DNA of 18,135 nt from Archaeoglobaceae archaeon (GCA_038893835.1 JAWAQR010000024.1:1-18135); one strand, 5' to 3'. Counted from the stretch's first letter, positions 9,318 to 16,860 are shown. Numbers and translations are program-made. Notes: generated by a model from the sequence alone, not told the origin.

Positions 9318-9888
9318 TTTTTTTAATCCTCTCCTTTAAAATTTCCCCTCCATGCCCGGGAAAGGCTATTTTCCATTCAAGTCCTAAGAATTTCTTTACA
9401 GAGTCTAGGTAAGTTTTATAATCGTGGCAAAAATTCTGATGAGAAAGCCTTCCTCCTCCCCTAAGCAAATCTCCACAATAGCTTTTTTCGCCGAAGAAGA
9501 AGCAAACACTTCCCGGAGTGTGTCCTGGAAGATGAACAAAATTTATTTCTTTCAATTCAAAAATGCTTTTCAAATTTTCAGGAGGTTTAAAGCTCAGAAA
9601 CTTTTCAAATGCCTTTGCAAAGAAGCCAATAAGGCCGCGATATTTGAAGCTTTTATCCCTAAGAATGTATGGAATGTCTTCTGGATGTGCAAAAGTTGGA
9701 CAGCCAAAGATCCTTTCAACCTCAAAAGCTCCAGCAACATGATCGAAATGCGCATGTGTGATCAGAATGCCGTCCAACTCCTTCAATTGCCTAGCAACGA
9801 GCTTCCCATCTGTTCCAACATCGATCAAAAATGTTTTTCCATTTACCTTAACCAGATAAACATTGCATCCACGGGATTTTAGTTTCAT
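9310..9888 (-). CDS. Metallo-beta-lactamase fold hydrolase
   Basis: THAHFDH, HLPGHTPGS, CGD and FPGHG; convergent with dsrJ (8-bp overlap). Confidence 0.88.
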   Translation of the reverse strand: MKLKSRGCNVYLVKVNGKTFLIDVGTDGKLVARQLKELDGILITHAHFDHVAGAFEVERIFGCPTFAHPEDIPYILRDKSFKYRGLIGFFAKAFEKFLSFKPPENLKSIFELKEINFVHLPGHTPGSVCFFFGEKSYCGDLLRGGGRLSHQNFCHDYKTYLDSVKKFLGLEWKIAFPGHGGEILKERIKKII

Positions 9889-9891
9889 AAA

Positions 9892-10287
9892 TCACTTTAT
9901 GCAAACCACTGGCTTTGTTGAATGCAGAATTATGTCTTGAGCAACGCTTCCAAAAATAACCTTTCCAGCAGGCCTTCTCTTTCTGACGCCTATTATTATC
10001 AAACTCGCGTTTACCTCATCTGCAAAGTCGATTATGTCTTCAGCAGGCTCCTTTCCTCTGATCAACATTCTCGTCTCGAATTCTATCCCTTCTCTCTTTG
10101 CAATTTCCTCCGCCCATTTCAGCAATTTTTCTCCCTCTTCTATTTCTTTCGGACTGGTCTTGTCTCCACCGTAAAGAGAGTGAACGAAGATGACTTTCTC
10201 CTTTCTCAACTTCGCTTCTGCAATTGAAAATGCTATCACCCTCTCACTTCTATCAGATTTCGCATCAAGAGCAACGACTAGCACCAT
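9892..10287 (-). CDS. Universal stress protein (UspA family)
   Basis: N-terminal VVALD and C-terminal IIIGVRKR...FGSVAQDII...PVVCIK; 131 aa. Confidence 0.92.
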   Translation of the reverse strand: MVLVVALDAKSDRSERVIAFSIAEAKLRKEKVIFVHSLYGGDKTSPKEIEEGEKLLKWAEEIAKREGIEFETRMLIRGKEPAEDIIDFADEVNASLIIIGVRKRRPAGKVIFGSVAQDIILHSTKPVVCIK

Positions 10288-10308
10288 GAGATTGAAAACC
10301 CATCATAT

Positions 10309-10323
10309 TTCATAAATTTTTCG
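10309..10323 (-). promoter_or_regulatory. Putative BRE/TATA for a leaderless usp-MBL transcript
   Basis: Minus strand reads CGAAAAA-TTTATGAA, 22-29 nt upstream of ATG 10287; no SD present. Confidence 0.5.
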
Positions 10324-10326
10324 CTA

Positions 10327-10586
10327 CTATATTTCATCTACTGTGATAACTTCAACTCCGTCTATCTTTTCTTTCCTCGTGCTCACAACCTTCGCTCCTA
10401 TTTTCTTCGCCCCCGCTATTGCATAGGATAATTCTTCTCCATATTTTGCATATTTTTCAGCCTCTTTGCTGTCCACATCTATCTAATCTCATCCTTAAAC
10501 CAAGCTTTGATAGTAGTCTTTTGAAAAGTCTCCTTTGTTACAAATTTTCCCGACAACTTCTTCCAAAGACTTTCAAGGTCTTCCAT
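10327..10586 (-). pseudogene. Frameshifted remnant of a small, possibly PIN-like protein
   Basis: Two consecutive minus-strand frames: 10586-10479 MEDLESLWKKLSGKFVTKETFQKTTIKAWFKDEIR* and 10482-10327 IDVDSKEAEKYAKYGEELSYAIAGAKKIGAKVVSTRKEKIDGVEVITVDEI*. A single-base shift near 10483 would join them. Confidence 0.55.
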
Positions 10587-10718
10587 AAAAGAACTCAACA
10601 GCTAGGATAACTTGATTGAAAACAACTGGACTTTAAGCGTTTCTGGAAAGGGAATTGAGTTGAATTCGCTGATAACTGCAATCGCAACGCTACCAGAGGT
10701 AATTGAGAGCCCAGATCC

Positions 10719-11570
10719 TTAATATATTTTCCTTCTCTTTCCGTGACTGGAGCAGAAATGGATTGAAACGTGCTTTATTTCCGGAAAATCCTCCTTCAGC
10801 TTCTCTATTATCTTTTTTGAAAGTAAATCCGTTTCACTCACCTTTTTGTTACCATCAACGGTTACGTGCAAATCTAAGTGAATTTCGTTTTCTGCTGTAT
10901 AGATTGCAAGCATCCCATGAACACCATCGACTCCATCAACACCCTTGACAGCTCTTTCGACCATTTGGTAGAACTCCTCTGAAGGAGAAAAACCCAAAAG
11001 GAATTTTGTGTTCTCTATGAAAAGTCTTATCGAGTTATAAGCTATGAGCGAAGCGATTGTCATGGTCATGATTCCATCGAAGATTGAAAGACCGGAGGAG
11101 ATTAAAAGAATGCCAAAAATTGCGCTTAAAGTGGAAAGAGAATCGTTTAGAGTTTCAAACATCGCCGTCCTATTCAGAGTTCCCTTTTTACTTCTAAGAA
11201 ATATTGCAGTTGTTAAAAGCAGGAGAAAAACTAAAATTTCCGCAATCAGGGCAATTTCTAGATTTTCATAACTTTTTGGATTCAGTATCCTTTCTATGCC
11301 TTCCTTGAACAGTTCTAGGGAAATCGTGGTTATAAAGATCACAGATGCAGCGAGGGATGCGACGTTCTTCACAAGTCCATGGCCATGTGGATGCTGCAAA
11401 TCCGCAACCTTTTTCGAAATGCCTGCAGCGATTATGAGTATTAAAATTAAAGAGATGTCGACAATTGAATGAAAAACGTCTGCAAGAATTACTGCCAAGC
11501 TGGAGTAATGATAGGCAACAATTTTTATCAAAAAAGTGACTAAATAAACTAGAAGAACTTTATACAGCAT
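10719..11570 (-). CDS. Cation diffusion facilitator (FieF-like) metal exporter
   Basis: ADVFHSIVD in TM2, ADLQHPHGHG, about 6 TM segments, and C-terminal domain HLDLHV...SIH. Start is ATG 11570 or GTG 11573, coupled to the serB stop. Confidence 0.92.
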   Translation of the reverse strand: MLYKVLLVYLVTFLIKIVAYHYSSLAVILADVFHSIVDISLILILIIAAGISKKVADLQHPHGHGLVKNVASLAASVIFITTISLELFKEGIERILNPKSYENLEIALIAEILVFLLLLTTAIFLRSKKGTLNRTAMFETLNDSLSTLSAIFGILLISSGLSIFDGIMTMTIASLIAYNSIRLFIENTKFLLGFSPSEEFYQMVERAVKGVDGVDGVHGMLAIYTAENEIHLDLHVTVDGNKKVSETDLLSKKIIEKLKEDFPEIKHVSIHFCSSHGKRRKIY

Positions 11571-12724
11571 CACAACCTTCTTCTAAACTCACTTGGAAGC
11601 TTCAAAATCCCTGCAAGACCAATTAGATTTTCCTTCGAAATGCTTCCATCCGCTATTTCTTTAAGAATTTGTTTTGCATTGAAAGCTATCCCAAGACCCG
11701 CTTTTTCTATCATCAATCTATCATTTGCCCCATCTCCTACTGCCACGACTTTTTCCAAGCTTATTCCCTCCTTTCTAGCTATCTCTTCTATTATCCTTGC
11801 CTTCTCTTCACCATCTATTATCCTTCCCTTCAACCTTCCTGTCAATTTTCCATCCTCTATTTCCAGTTCATTTCCAAAAGCATAATCCAAACCCAGTTCA
11901 TCCTTTATTCGATTTGTAAAGTATGTAAAACTTCCACTAACAAGCGCAACCTTGTATCCGGCCCTTTTAAGCGCAGATATCAACTCCTTAGCCCCTTCTG
12001 TAAACTCAATTCTGGAATAAATTTTTTCAAGCACTTCAACTGGAAGCCCTTTAAGGAGCTTCACCCTTTCCAGAAGAGCTTCCCTAAAGCTCATTTCACC
12101 ATTCATCGCCTTTCTAGTCAACTCCTGAACCTCTTTTTCAACTCCAGCTTCCTTTGCAAGCTCATCAATTATCTCCCCCTCTATCAGCGTTGAATCCAAG
12201 TCAAAGACGATCAACTTCTTTTCCTTCATCGCACTCGCATAATCCTGCAAGACGATGTCAAGACCAAGTTTTTCTCCCTCCCTCAAAAGCTCCTTTTTTA
12301 AACTGTTGAAATCGCAGTTTCCAAGATCTACGATGAACTCTATAGAGATCAACTTGTCTCTGGCAGTTAAACTTGTCCTCTCAATGTTTATTCCATACTT
12401 TAAAAATATTGCCGTTATGTCTCTCACTATTCCAACCCTGTCCTTTCCAAGCACGTTGATGACGTAGAGGTTCTTTCTCTTCCCTTCTTTTCTTTCAAAT
12501 TTCTTCAAGCTTATGTTCAAATTCATTTCCCTAGCAACATCTTCAAGCCTTTTTCTAGCGCAATCAAAGTCTCTTGCCTCTGCAACTATGAACATTACAA
12601 AGATTCCCTGGATTACGCTCTGCTCTATATCCACAATGTTCGCATCGCAACTTGCGAGTGCCTTTGAAACTGCATGAACTATTCCAACCTTGTCCTCACC
12701 ATATACAGATACAGCTATGAGCAT
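11570..12724 (-). CDS. serB: Phosphoserine phosphatase with two N-terminal ACT domains
   Basis: ACT repeats (GEDKVGIV, GKDRVGIV); HAD motifs FDLDSTL, VSGSF and VGDGAND. Likely start ATG 12724 (MLIAVSV). Confidence 0.93.
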   Translation of the reverse strand: MLIAVSVYGEDKVGIVHAVSKALASCDANIVDIEQSVIQGIFVMFIVAEARDFDCARKRLEDVAREMNLNISLKKFERKEGKRKNLYVINVLGKDRVGIVRDITAIFLKYGINIERTSLTARDKLISIEFIVDLGNCDFNSLKKELLREGEKLGLDIVLQDYASAMKEKKLIVFDLDSTLIEGEIIDELAKEAGVEKEVQELTRKAMNGEMSFREALLERVKLLKGLPVEVLEKIYSRIEFTEGAKELISALKRAGYKVALVSGSFTYFTNRIKDELGLDYAFGNELEIEDGKLTGRLKGRIIDGEEKARIIEEIARKEGISLEKVVAVGDGANDRLMIEKAGLGIAFNAKQILKEIADGSISKENLIGLAGILKLPSEFRRRL

Positions 12725-12745
12725 GGAAAAATTATTACCCAATTC

Positions 12746-13246
12746 TTAAGAATGTTGCGAAAGAAAAACTACGAATTTATTTAGCTCGTAAAGTGGAGCT
12801 CTAGCCCTTCCAAAGGCACCACAGCCAACCGTCGGGCTTATAAGCCCTGAACCCTTTAGTTCAGCAATCAAAGCTCCCGGCTCACGTCTGTGCTTCAAGG
12901 CTACGTCCACTATATCTTCCCCACATACGATGAAATTTTTTGCCCTATCCCTTATCTCCAAGAAGATATCCACGAATTCCTCCACATCCATTTCCCCAAG
13001 ACTTTTGAAATATTCAACTATAGCCCTTCTCCAGTCACCGAATTTCACTATGTATCTGATTATGTATGGTATCTCCATATCCCCACCAAACTGTCTTGAA
13101 ATCCAAGCAAGAGAATCCCTTTCAGATTCAAATGGAACAGCGAGCTTGTAATCTTCTAAGATGATCATGAGCTCTTGATCAAGTTCCTCCTTTGGAATTT
13201 TTCCCTTCTCAGCATATTTTTCCACTAGCTTCAAAGCCCTTCTCAA
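12746..13246 (-). CDS. Hypothetical protein, possible C-terminal winged-helix-like segment
   Basis: Long ORF in an operon. Start revised to TTG 13246 (MRRALKLVEKY), which overlaps the ferredoxin stop (TTGA); the listed start 13288 lies inside the ferredoxin. C-terminus LIAELKGSGLISP...YELN. Confidence 0.75.
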   Translation of the reverse strand: MRRALKLVEKYAEKGKIPKEELDQELMIILEDYKLAVPFESERDSLAWISRQFGGDMEIPYIIRYIVKFGDWRRAIVEYFKSLGEMDVEEFVDIFLEIRDRAKNFIVCGEDIVDVALKHRREPGALIAELKGSGLISPTVGCGAFGRARAPLYELNKFVVFLSQHS

Positions 13247-13416
13247 TCCATCATTATCAGCGCTCCATAAGGACAGCTTTTCACGCATTTCTCACACCCC
13301 TGACATTTATCCTCATCTATCTTCAAAACCTTTCCCCCATTTCGAACTATAGCATCCGGCACAGGACAAACTTTACTGCAAGTTCCGCATCCCTTGCAAC
13401 TCAGGACTGCGATCAA
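13243..13416 (-). CDS. 2x[4Fe-4S] ferredoxin (57 aa, absent from the ORF track)
   Basis: Hand translation from TTG 13416: MIAVLSCKGCGTCSKVCPVPDAIVRNGGKVLKIDEDKCQGCEKCVKSCPYGALIMMD*. Two perfect CxxCxxCxxxCP motifs; SD-like GAGGGA at 13422-13427. Confidence 0.93.
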   Translation of the reverse strand: MIAVLSCKGCGTCSKVCPVPDAIVRNGGKVLKIDEDKCQGCEKCVKSCPYGALIMMD

Positions 13417-13759
13417 GAAAATCCCTCATCAGCGACCTGACCTTTCTACACAACTCTTCAAGAATTAGTTCAACTTCCTTCACAACGACTTCCTTAGGAG
13501 TTGGCTTGTAGACAAAGTAATATCCTCCCCCTTCCATAACCTTCTTTTCCCTATAAACCAGACCAGAAAAGAGGAGTTTCTGAATCGATTTATATACAGA
13601 ATTCCCCTTTTTCCCGGCAAATCTACTTATCTCCTCAATTCTCTCGCAACCACTCATTATTGCTTCATAAACTTTCAAGTCTTCCGAGTTGAGCCCAAAA
13701 AAACATTGGAAAAGATTGTTGCAATCCAAGATCTTTACCATTTGCCTCAGCGACATCAT
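13373..13759 (-). CDS. Stand-alone TrmB-family winged-helix regulator, OxsR-like
   Basis: N-terminal CxxxxxCFFGL; HTH (IEEISRFAGKKGNSVYKSIQKLLFSGLV); wing GGYYFVYKP; ATGA-coupled to trxA. Confidence 0.85.
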   Translation of the reverse strand: MMSLRQMVKILDCNNLFQCFFGLNSEDLKVYEAIMSGCERIEEISRFAGKKGNSVYKSIQKLLFSGLVYREKKVMEGGGYYFVYKPTPKEVVVKEVELILEELCRKVRSLMRDFLDRSPELQGMRNLQ

Positions 13760-14076
13760 ATACTCATTGCTCTCTCTATCTCCTCCCTGATAATACCCTC
13801 TGGCATTGCACCAACAAATCCCCCTACAACTCTCCCTCTTCTGAAGAAAAGAACAGTTGGAATGCTTGAAATTCCATATTCAAATGCGAGCTCCTGATTT
13901 TCATCAACGTTTATCTTATAGAACTCCACGTCCTTGTACTCCCTAGAAAGCTTTTCAAGCACCGGGCTCAGATATCTGCAGGGCATGCACCAATCCGCGT
14001 AGAAGTCAACAACTACTAGCCTTTCGCTGTTTATAACGTTCATGAATTCTCTTTCATCTATCTTCTTAACCACCAT
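13756..14076 (-). CDS. trxA: Thioredoxin
   Basis: VDFYADWCMPC active site, KINVDEN, cis-Pro motif SIPT; SD GGTGA at 14081-14085. Confidence 0.95.
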   Translation of the reverse strand: MVVKKIDEREFMNVINSERLVVVDFYADWCMPCRYLSPVLEKLSREYKDVEFYKINVDENQELAFEYGISSIPTVLFFRRGRVVGGFVGAMPEGIIREEIERAMSI

Positions 14077-14105
14077 GAAATCACCAAAGAGATGTTTGGG
14101 TTCAA

Positions 14106-14119
14106 ATATTTAAATTTTT
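14106..14119 (-). promoter_or_regulatory. Putative BRE/TATA of the trxA operon
   Basis: Minus strand AAAAATTTAAATA, about 30-43 nt upstream of the trxA ATG. Confidence 0.5.
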
Positions 14120-14145
14120 ATCGGTTTTGGCAAAATCAAGAAAAA

Positions 14146-15201
14146 CTATGTATAAATCGAGATTATGTCTCCATCACTTAAGATATGATCCAGTCCAACT
14201 CTCTGGCCATCAAATTTCACCGATTTCCCCCAAACTCTTGCATACTTGAATTTTTCGACGAAATCGTTGTGTATTTTTCTACAAACATCTTCAACTCTCG
14301 CACCCTCTCTCAAAACCATTGGTTTCTCGCTTACTTTTTCTCCAGGAGGTTTTAAATAGACTTTTATGAATCTGAGCTTCCTGTAAATCTCCTCTTTCAG
14401 CAAACCCAGATTTATTCCTTTTTCAGCCGATATCTTTATCGCATCCTTCACTTCCACGTCCATTATGTCTATCTTGTTCACAACGGTTATCGATGGGACG
14501 TAAACACAGTTTCCGTTAAGCGCATCTATTAACCTTTCCACACTCAAATCTTCCCTTATAAGAACATCAGCGTTGTGGATCTTGTATTCCTTTAGAATTT
14601 CCGCTATTGTCCTTTCATCAAGGCTTAGAGGGACTGTAGAACTTATCTTTAAACCTCCACGATCCTTTTTCCTTATAACAATGTCGGGTGGATTCTGATC
14701 AAGCCTTATACCAGCTTCATAAAGTTCTTTCTTAACAACTTCAATTGAATCAAGCTTGAAAACATCTGCAACGATAACTATTAGATCTGCAATTCTGACA
14801 GCTGATAAAACTTCTTTTCCCCTTCCCTTTCCGCTAGCAGCCCCTTCAACGATGCCTGGCATGTCGATTATTTGAATTGTCGCATGTTTATACTCCAAAA
14901 TCCCAGGCACTGGCTTCTTTGTTGTGAAATCGTAATCAGCAACCTCGCTTTTTGCACCTGTCAAAGAGTTGAGCAAAGTGGACTTTCCCACCGAAGGAAA
15001 ACCAACCAGAGCTACAGTCGCGTCACCTTCCTTCTTTATCGAAAAAGTTTGCCTTACTCCCTTTCTTCTTTCTTTCTCCAACTCTTCCTTAAGCCTCGCA
15101 AGCTTTGCCTTTAGTCTGCCAATATGATGTTCAGTAGCCTTGTTGTATGGAGTCTTCCTGATTTCTTCTTCCAGTTGTTTAATCTGTTGAATTAAGTCCA
15201 C
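14146..15201 (-). CDS. DRG/Rbg-family GTPase (Obg superfamily) with TGS domain
   Basis: TPYNKATEHHIGRLKAKLA, GFPSVGKST, YDFTT, DMPG, GKGRG, NKID, and C-terminal TGS (VWGKSVKFDGQRVG). GTG start with TATA-like TTTTAATT at 15221-15228, so probably leaderless. Confidence 0.95.
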   Translation of the reverse strand: MDLIQQIKQLEEEIRKTPYNKATEHHIGRLKAKLARLKEELEKERRKGVRQTFSIKKEGDATVALVGFPSVGKSTLLNSLTGAKSEVADYDFTTKKPVPGILEYKHATIQIIDMPGIVEGAASGKGRGKEVLSAVRIADLIVIVADVFKLDSIEVVKKELYEAGIRLDQNPPDIVIRKKDRGGLKISSTVPLSLDERTIAEILKEYKIHNADVLIREDLSVERLIDALNGNCVYVPSITVVNKIDIMDVEVKDAIKISAEKGINLGLLKEEIYRKLRFIKVYLKPPGEKVSEKPMVLREGARVEDVCRKIHNDFVEKFKYARVWGKSVKFDGQRVGLDHILSDGDIISIYT

Positions 15202-15267
15202 GAAATCTGTTCGCGATTCGAATTAAAAGCTCAACGCAGATCGAAAAGTCATAGTTGTGATTTTCAT

Positions 15268-15363
15268 CACTGTACCCTGAGGGAGCGAAAGGACTTTCAT
15301 CGCTCGCAGGTGCGAATGCTCAATCCCGCAGCTGATCAGGGCCCTCGCAAAGCTCATCGGTAT
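15268..15363 (-). ncRNA. Putative box H/ACA pseudouridylation guide RNA with K-turn and extra 5' K-loop
   Basis: GC-rich island (53/90 G+C over 15271-15360). Lower stem GCCCUGA (15342-15336)/UCAGGGU (15280-15274) is followed immediately by ACA (15273-15271). Internal pocket, upper stem with tandem GA/GA and GAU bulge, and its own BRE/TATA at 15381-15396. Confidence 0.72.
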
Positions 15364-15380
15364 CAAAATTTTGTGGTTCT

Positions 15381-15396
15381 TGTTTAAAAGCTTTTT
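15381..15396 (-). promoter_or_regulatory. BRE/TATA for the intergenic RNA
   Basis: Minus strand AAAAAG-CTTTTAAACA, about 20-25 nt upstream of the start of the GC-rich structured island. Confidence 0.6.
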
Positions 15397-15892
15397 AGCT
15401 TATAACAACTTTCTTAACCCCATCAACTTTAAGGATTTCCTCAACGACTTTTCCCGGTATCTTTGAATCCGTCACTATCACCATCTTCGATTCCACGCTC
15501 AATTCTGGATCTTCCGCGAGCAAATATCTGATCACAATCCCTTCCCTCGCCAATGCTGAAGTTACACCTGCTGCTATTCCCGCTTTGCTACTCTCAGCGT
15601 AAACTTCTAGAACGCCATAGCCCAGATATCTCGCAACTTCAGTAATGTCTGCAACTGGTCTCAGCTTTTCAAAAACTCTCCTTAACTCCTCATCGCTCTC
15701 TATATTCTGTATCGCAGCTATCACAACTTTTCTGTCAACTCCAATCGCTTCTCCTATTTTTGCCGGAACAAGCTCTATGTTTCCACAGTAAGCCTTTCCA
15801 TTCCTAACAGAAATCCCAAGCCTGAGGAATTCCCTTGCAACGGCTATCTGTGAAGGATACTTATCAAACTTCTCAACAACTTTTTGCCACAT
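15395..15892 (-). CDS. Archaeal ACT-domain protein, predicted regulator of amino-acid metabolism (COG2150-like)
   Basis: MW...FDKYPSQ..VA...LRLGISV, CGNIE, IGVDRKVV HTH-like N-terminus, and C-terminal ACT-like domain (GIAAGVT...EDPEL). Confidence 0.85.
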   Translation of the reverse strand: MWQKVVEKFDKYPSQIAVAREFLRLGISVRNGKAYCGNIELVPAKIGEAIGVDRKVVIAAIQNIESDEELRRVFEKLRPVADITEVARYLGYGVLEVYAESSKAGIAAGVTSALAREGIVIRYLLAEDPELSVESKMVIVTDSKIPGKVVEEILKVDGVKKVVIS

Positions 15893-15918
15893 AAAAAAAG
15901 TTATTTTAAATTTAAAAA

Positions 15919-16860
15919 TTACTTTTTGATCGCTTTTAGTTTCTCGATAAGCTCAGGAACTACATCGAAAATGTTCGCAACTATTCCGTAATGCGCCACA
16001 CCAAATATTGGCGCCTCAGGATCCTTGTTGATAGCTATGATCAACTCGCTGTCCTTCATTCCCATTACATGCTGGAAAGCTCCGCTTATACCAAGGGCCA
16101 AGTAAAGCTTTGGCTTTACAGTCTTTCCAGAAATTCCTACCTGTCTATCCTTTGGTAGCCATCCACTGTCTATTACCGGTCTGCTTCCAGCGACTACACC
16201 TCCAAGAAGTTTTGCAAGCTCTTCTGCCAGCGGTATGTTCGCACCATCTTCTATTCCTCTTCCAACAGCTACTATTACTTCTGCCTTTGTTATATCCACT
16301 TCTCCAACCTCTGGCTCTATGTAGCCGATGAACTTCCTTAAAGCCTGCTTCGTTGGCTTTATTCCAGAATCAACTATTTCTCCAGCCTTTTGTATTCCTT
16401 CCTTAAAGGCTCCTTGTCTAACTGTTAGGACGCATGGAGTTGAAACCTTAAGATCAACCATTATTTTTCCCTGCATCAAAAATCTGGAAACTATCAGTCC
16501 ATCAGCCTTGTTTACACCCACGACATCGGTCACCACTGGAACACCCATCTTAACTGCAAGATATGGTGCAAACTCGGAACCCATTGCGGTATTCCCAACC
16601 AGCACAACGTCTGGTTTAACTTTGTTCACTAGCTGTAGTAGAACGTCAACGTAAAGATCTGGACTGTAGCTTTCAAGACTTGCATCCTCTATCTTCCATA
16701 CCCTGTCCGCATACTTCGCCAGCTCTTTTGCAAAGTTCGATACATCTTTTCCAACAACGACTGCTTCACTCTCTCCAAGTCTGTTAGCAAGGTTAAGAAG
16801 TTCGATGCTCAAAGGATTCAAAATCCCAAACCTATGCTCGGCGACGGCAAGAACCTTCAT
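15919..16860 (-). CDS. etfA: Electron transfer flavoprotein alpha subunit
   Basis: AVGRGI, AGSRPVID, RQVGISGKTVKP, LGISGAFQHVMGM and AINKDPEAPIF. Confidence 0.96.
   Translation of the reverse strand: MKVLAVAEHRFGILNPLSIELLNLANRLGESEAVVVGKDVSNFAKELAKYADRVWKIEDASLESYSPDLYVDVLLQLVNKVKPDVVLVGNTAMGSEFAPYLAVKMGVPVVTDVVGVNKADGLIVSRFLMQGKIMVDLKVSTPCVLTVRQGAFKEGIQKAGEIVDSGIKPTKQALRKFIGYIEPEVGEVDITKAEVIVAVGRGIEDGANIPLAEELAKLLGGVVAGSRPVIDSGWLPKDRQVGISGKTVKPKLYLALGISGAFQHVMGMKDSELIIAINKDPEAPIFGVAHYGIVANIFDVVPELIEKLKAIKK

Noticed and set aside
9310-9888. MBL hydrolase next to dsrJ as a persulfide dioxygenase linked to sulfur metabolism
   Set aside because: It is convergent and belongs to a separate usp transcript; only generic glyoxalase II-type motifs are visible.
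15285-15305. GAUGAAAGUCC (minus strand) resembling the RNase P P4 motif GAGGAAAGUCC; also checked for a hammerhead core and TPP/fluoride riboswitches
   Set aside because: The island is too short and lacks the 3' P4 partner. There is no CUGANGA...GAAA core, and riboswitch consensus elements are not in order. The H/ACA model explains the sequence better.
15904-15917. Perfect 14-bp palindrome TTTTAAATTTAAAA between etfA and the ACT gene
   Set aside because: Low complexity, and explained by an overlapping TATA box and T-rich terminator region.
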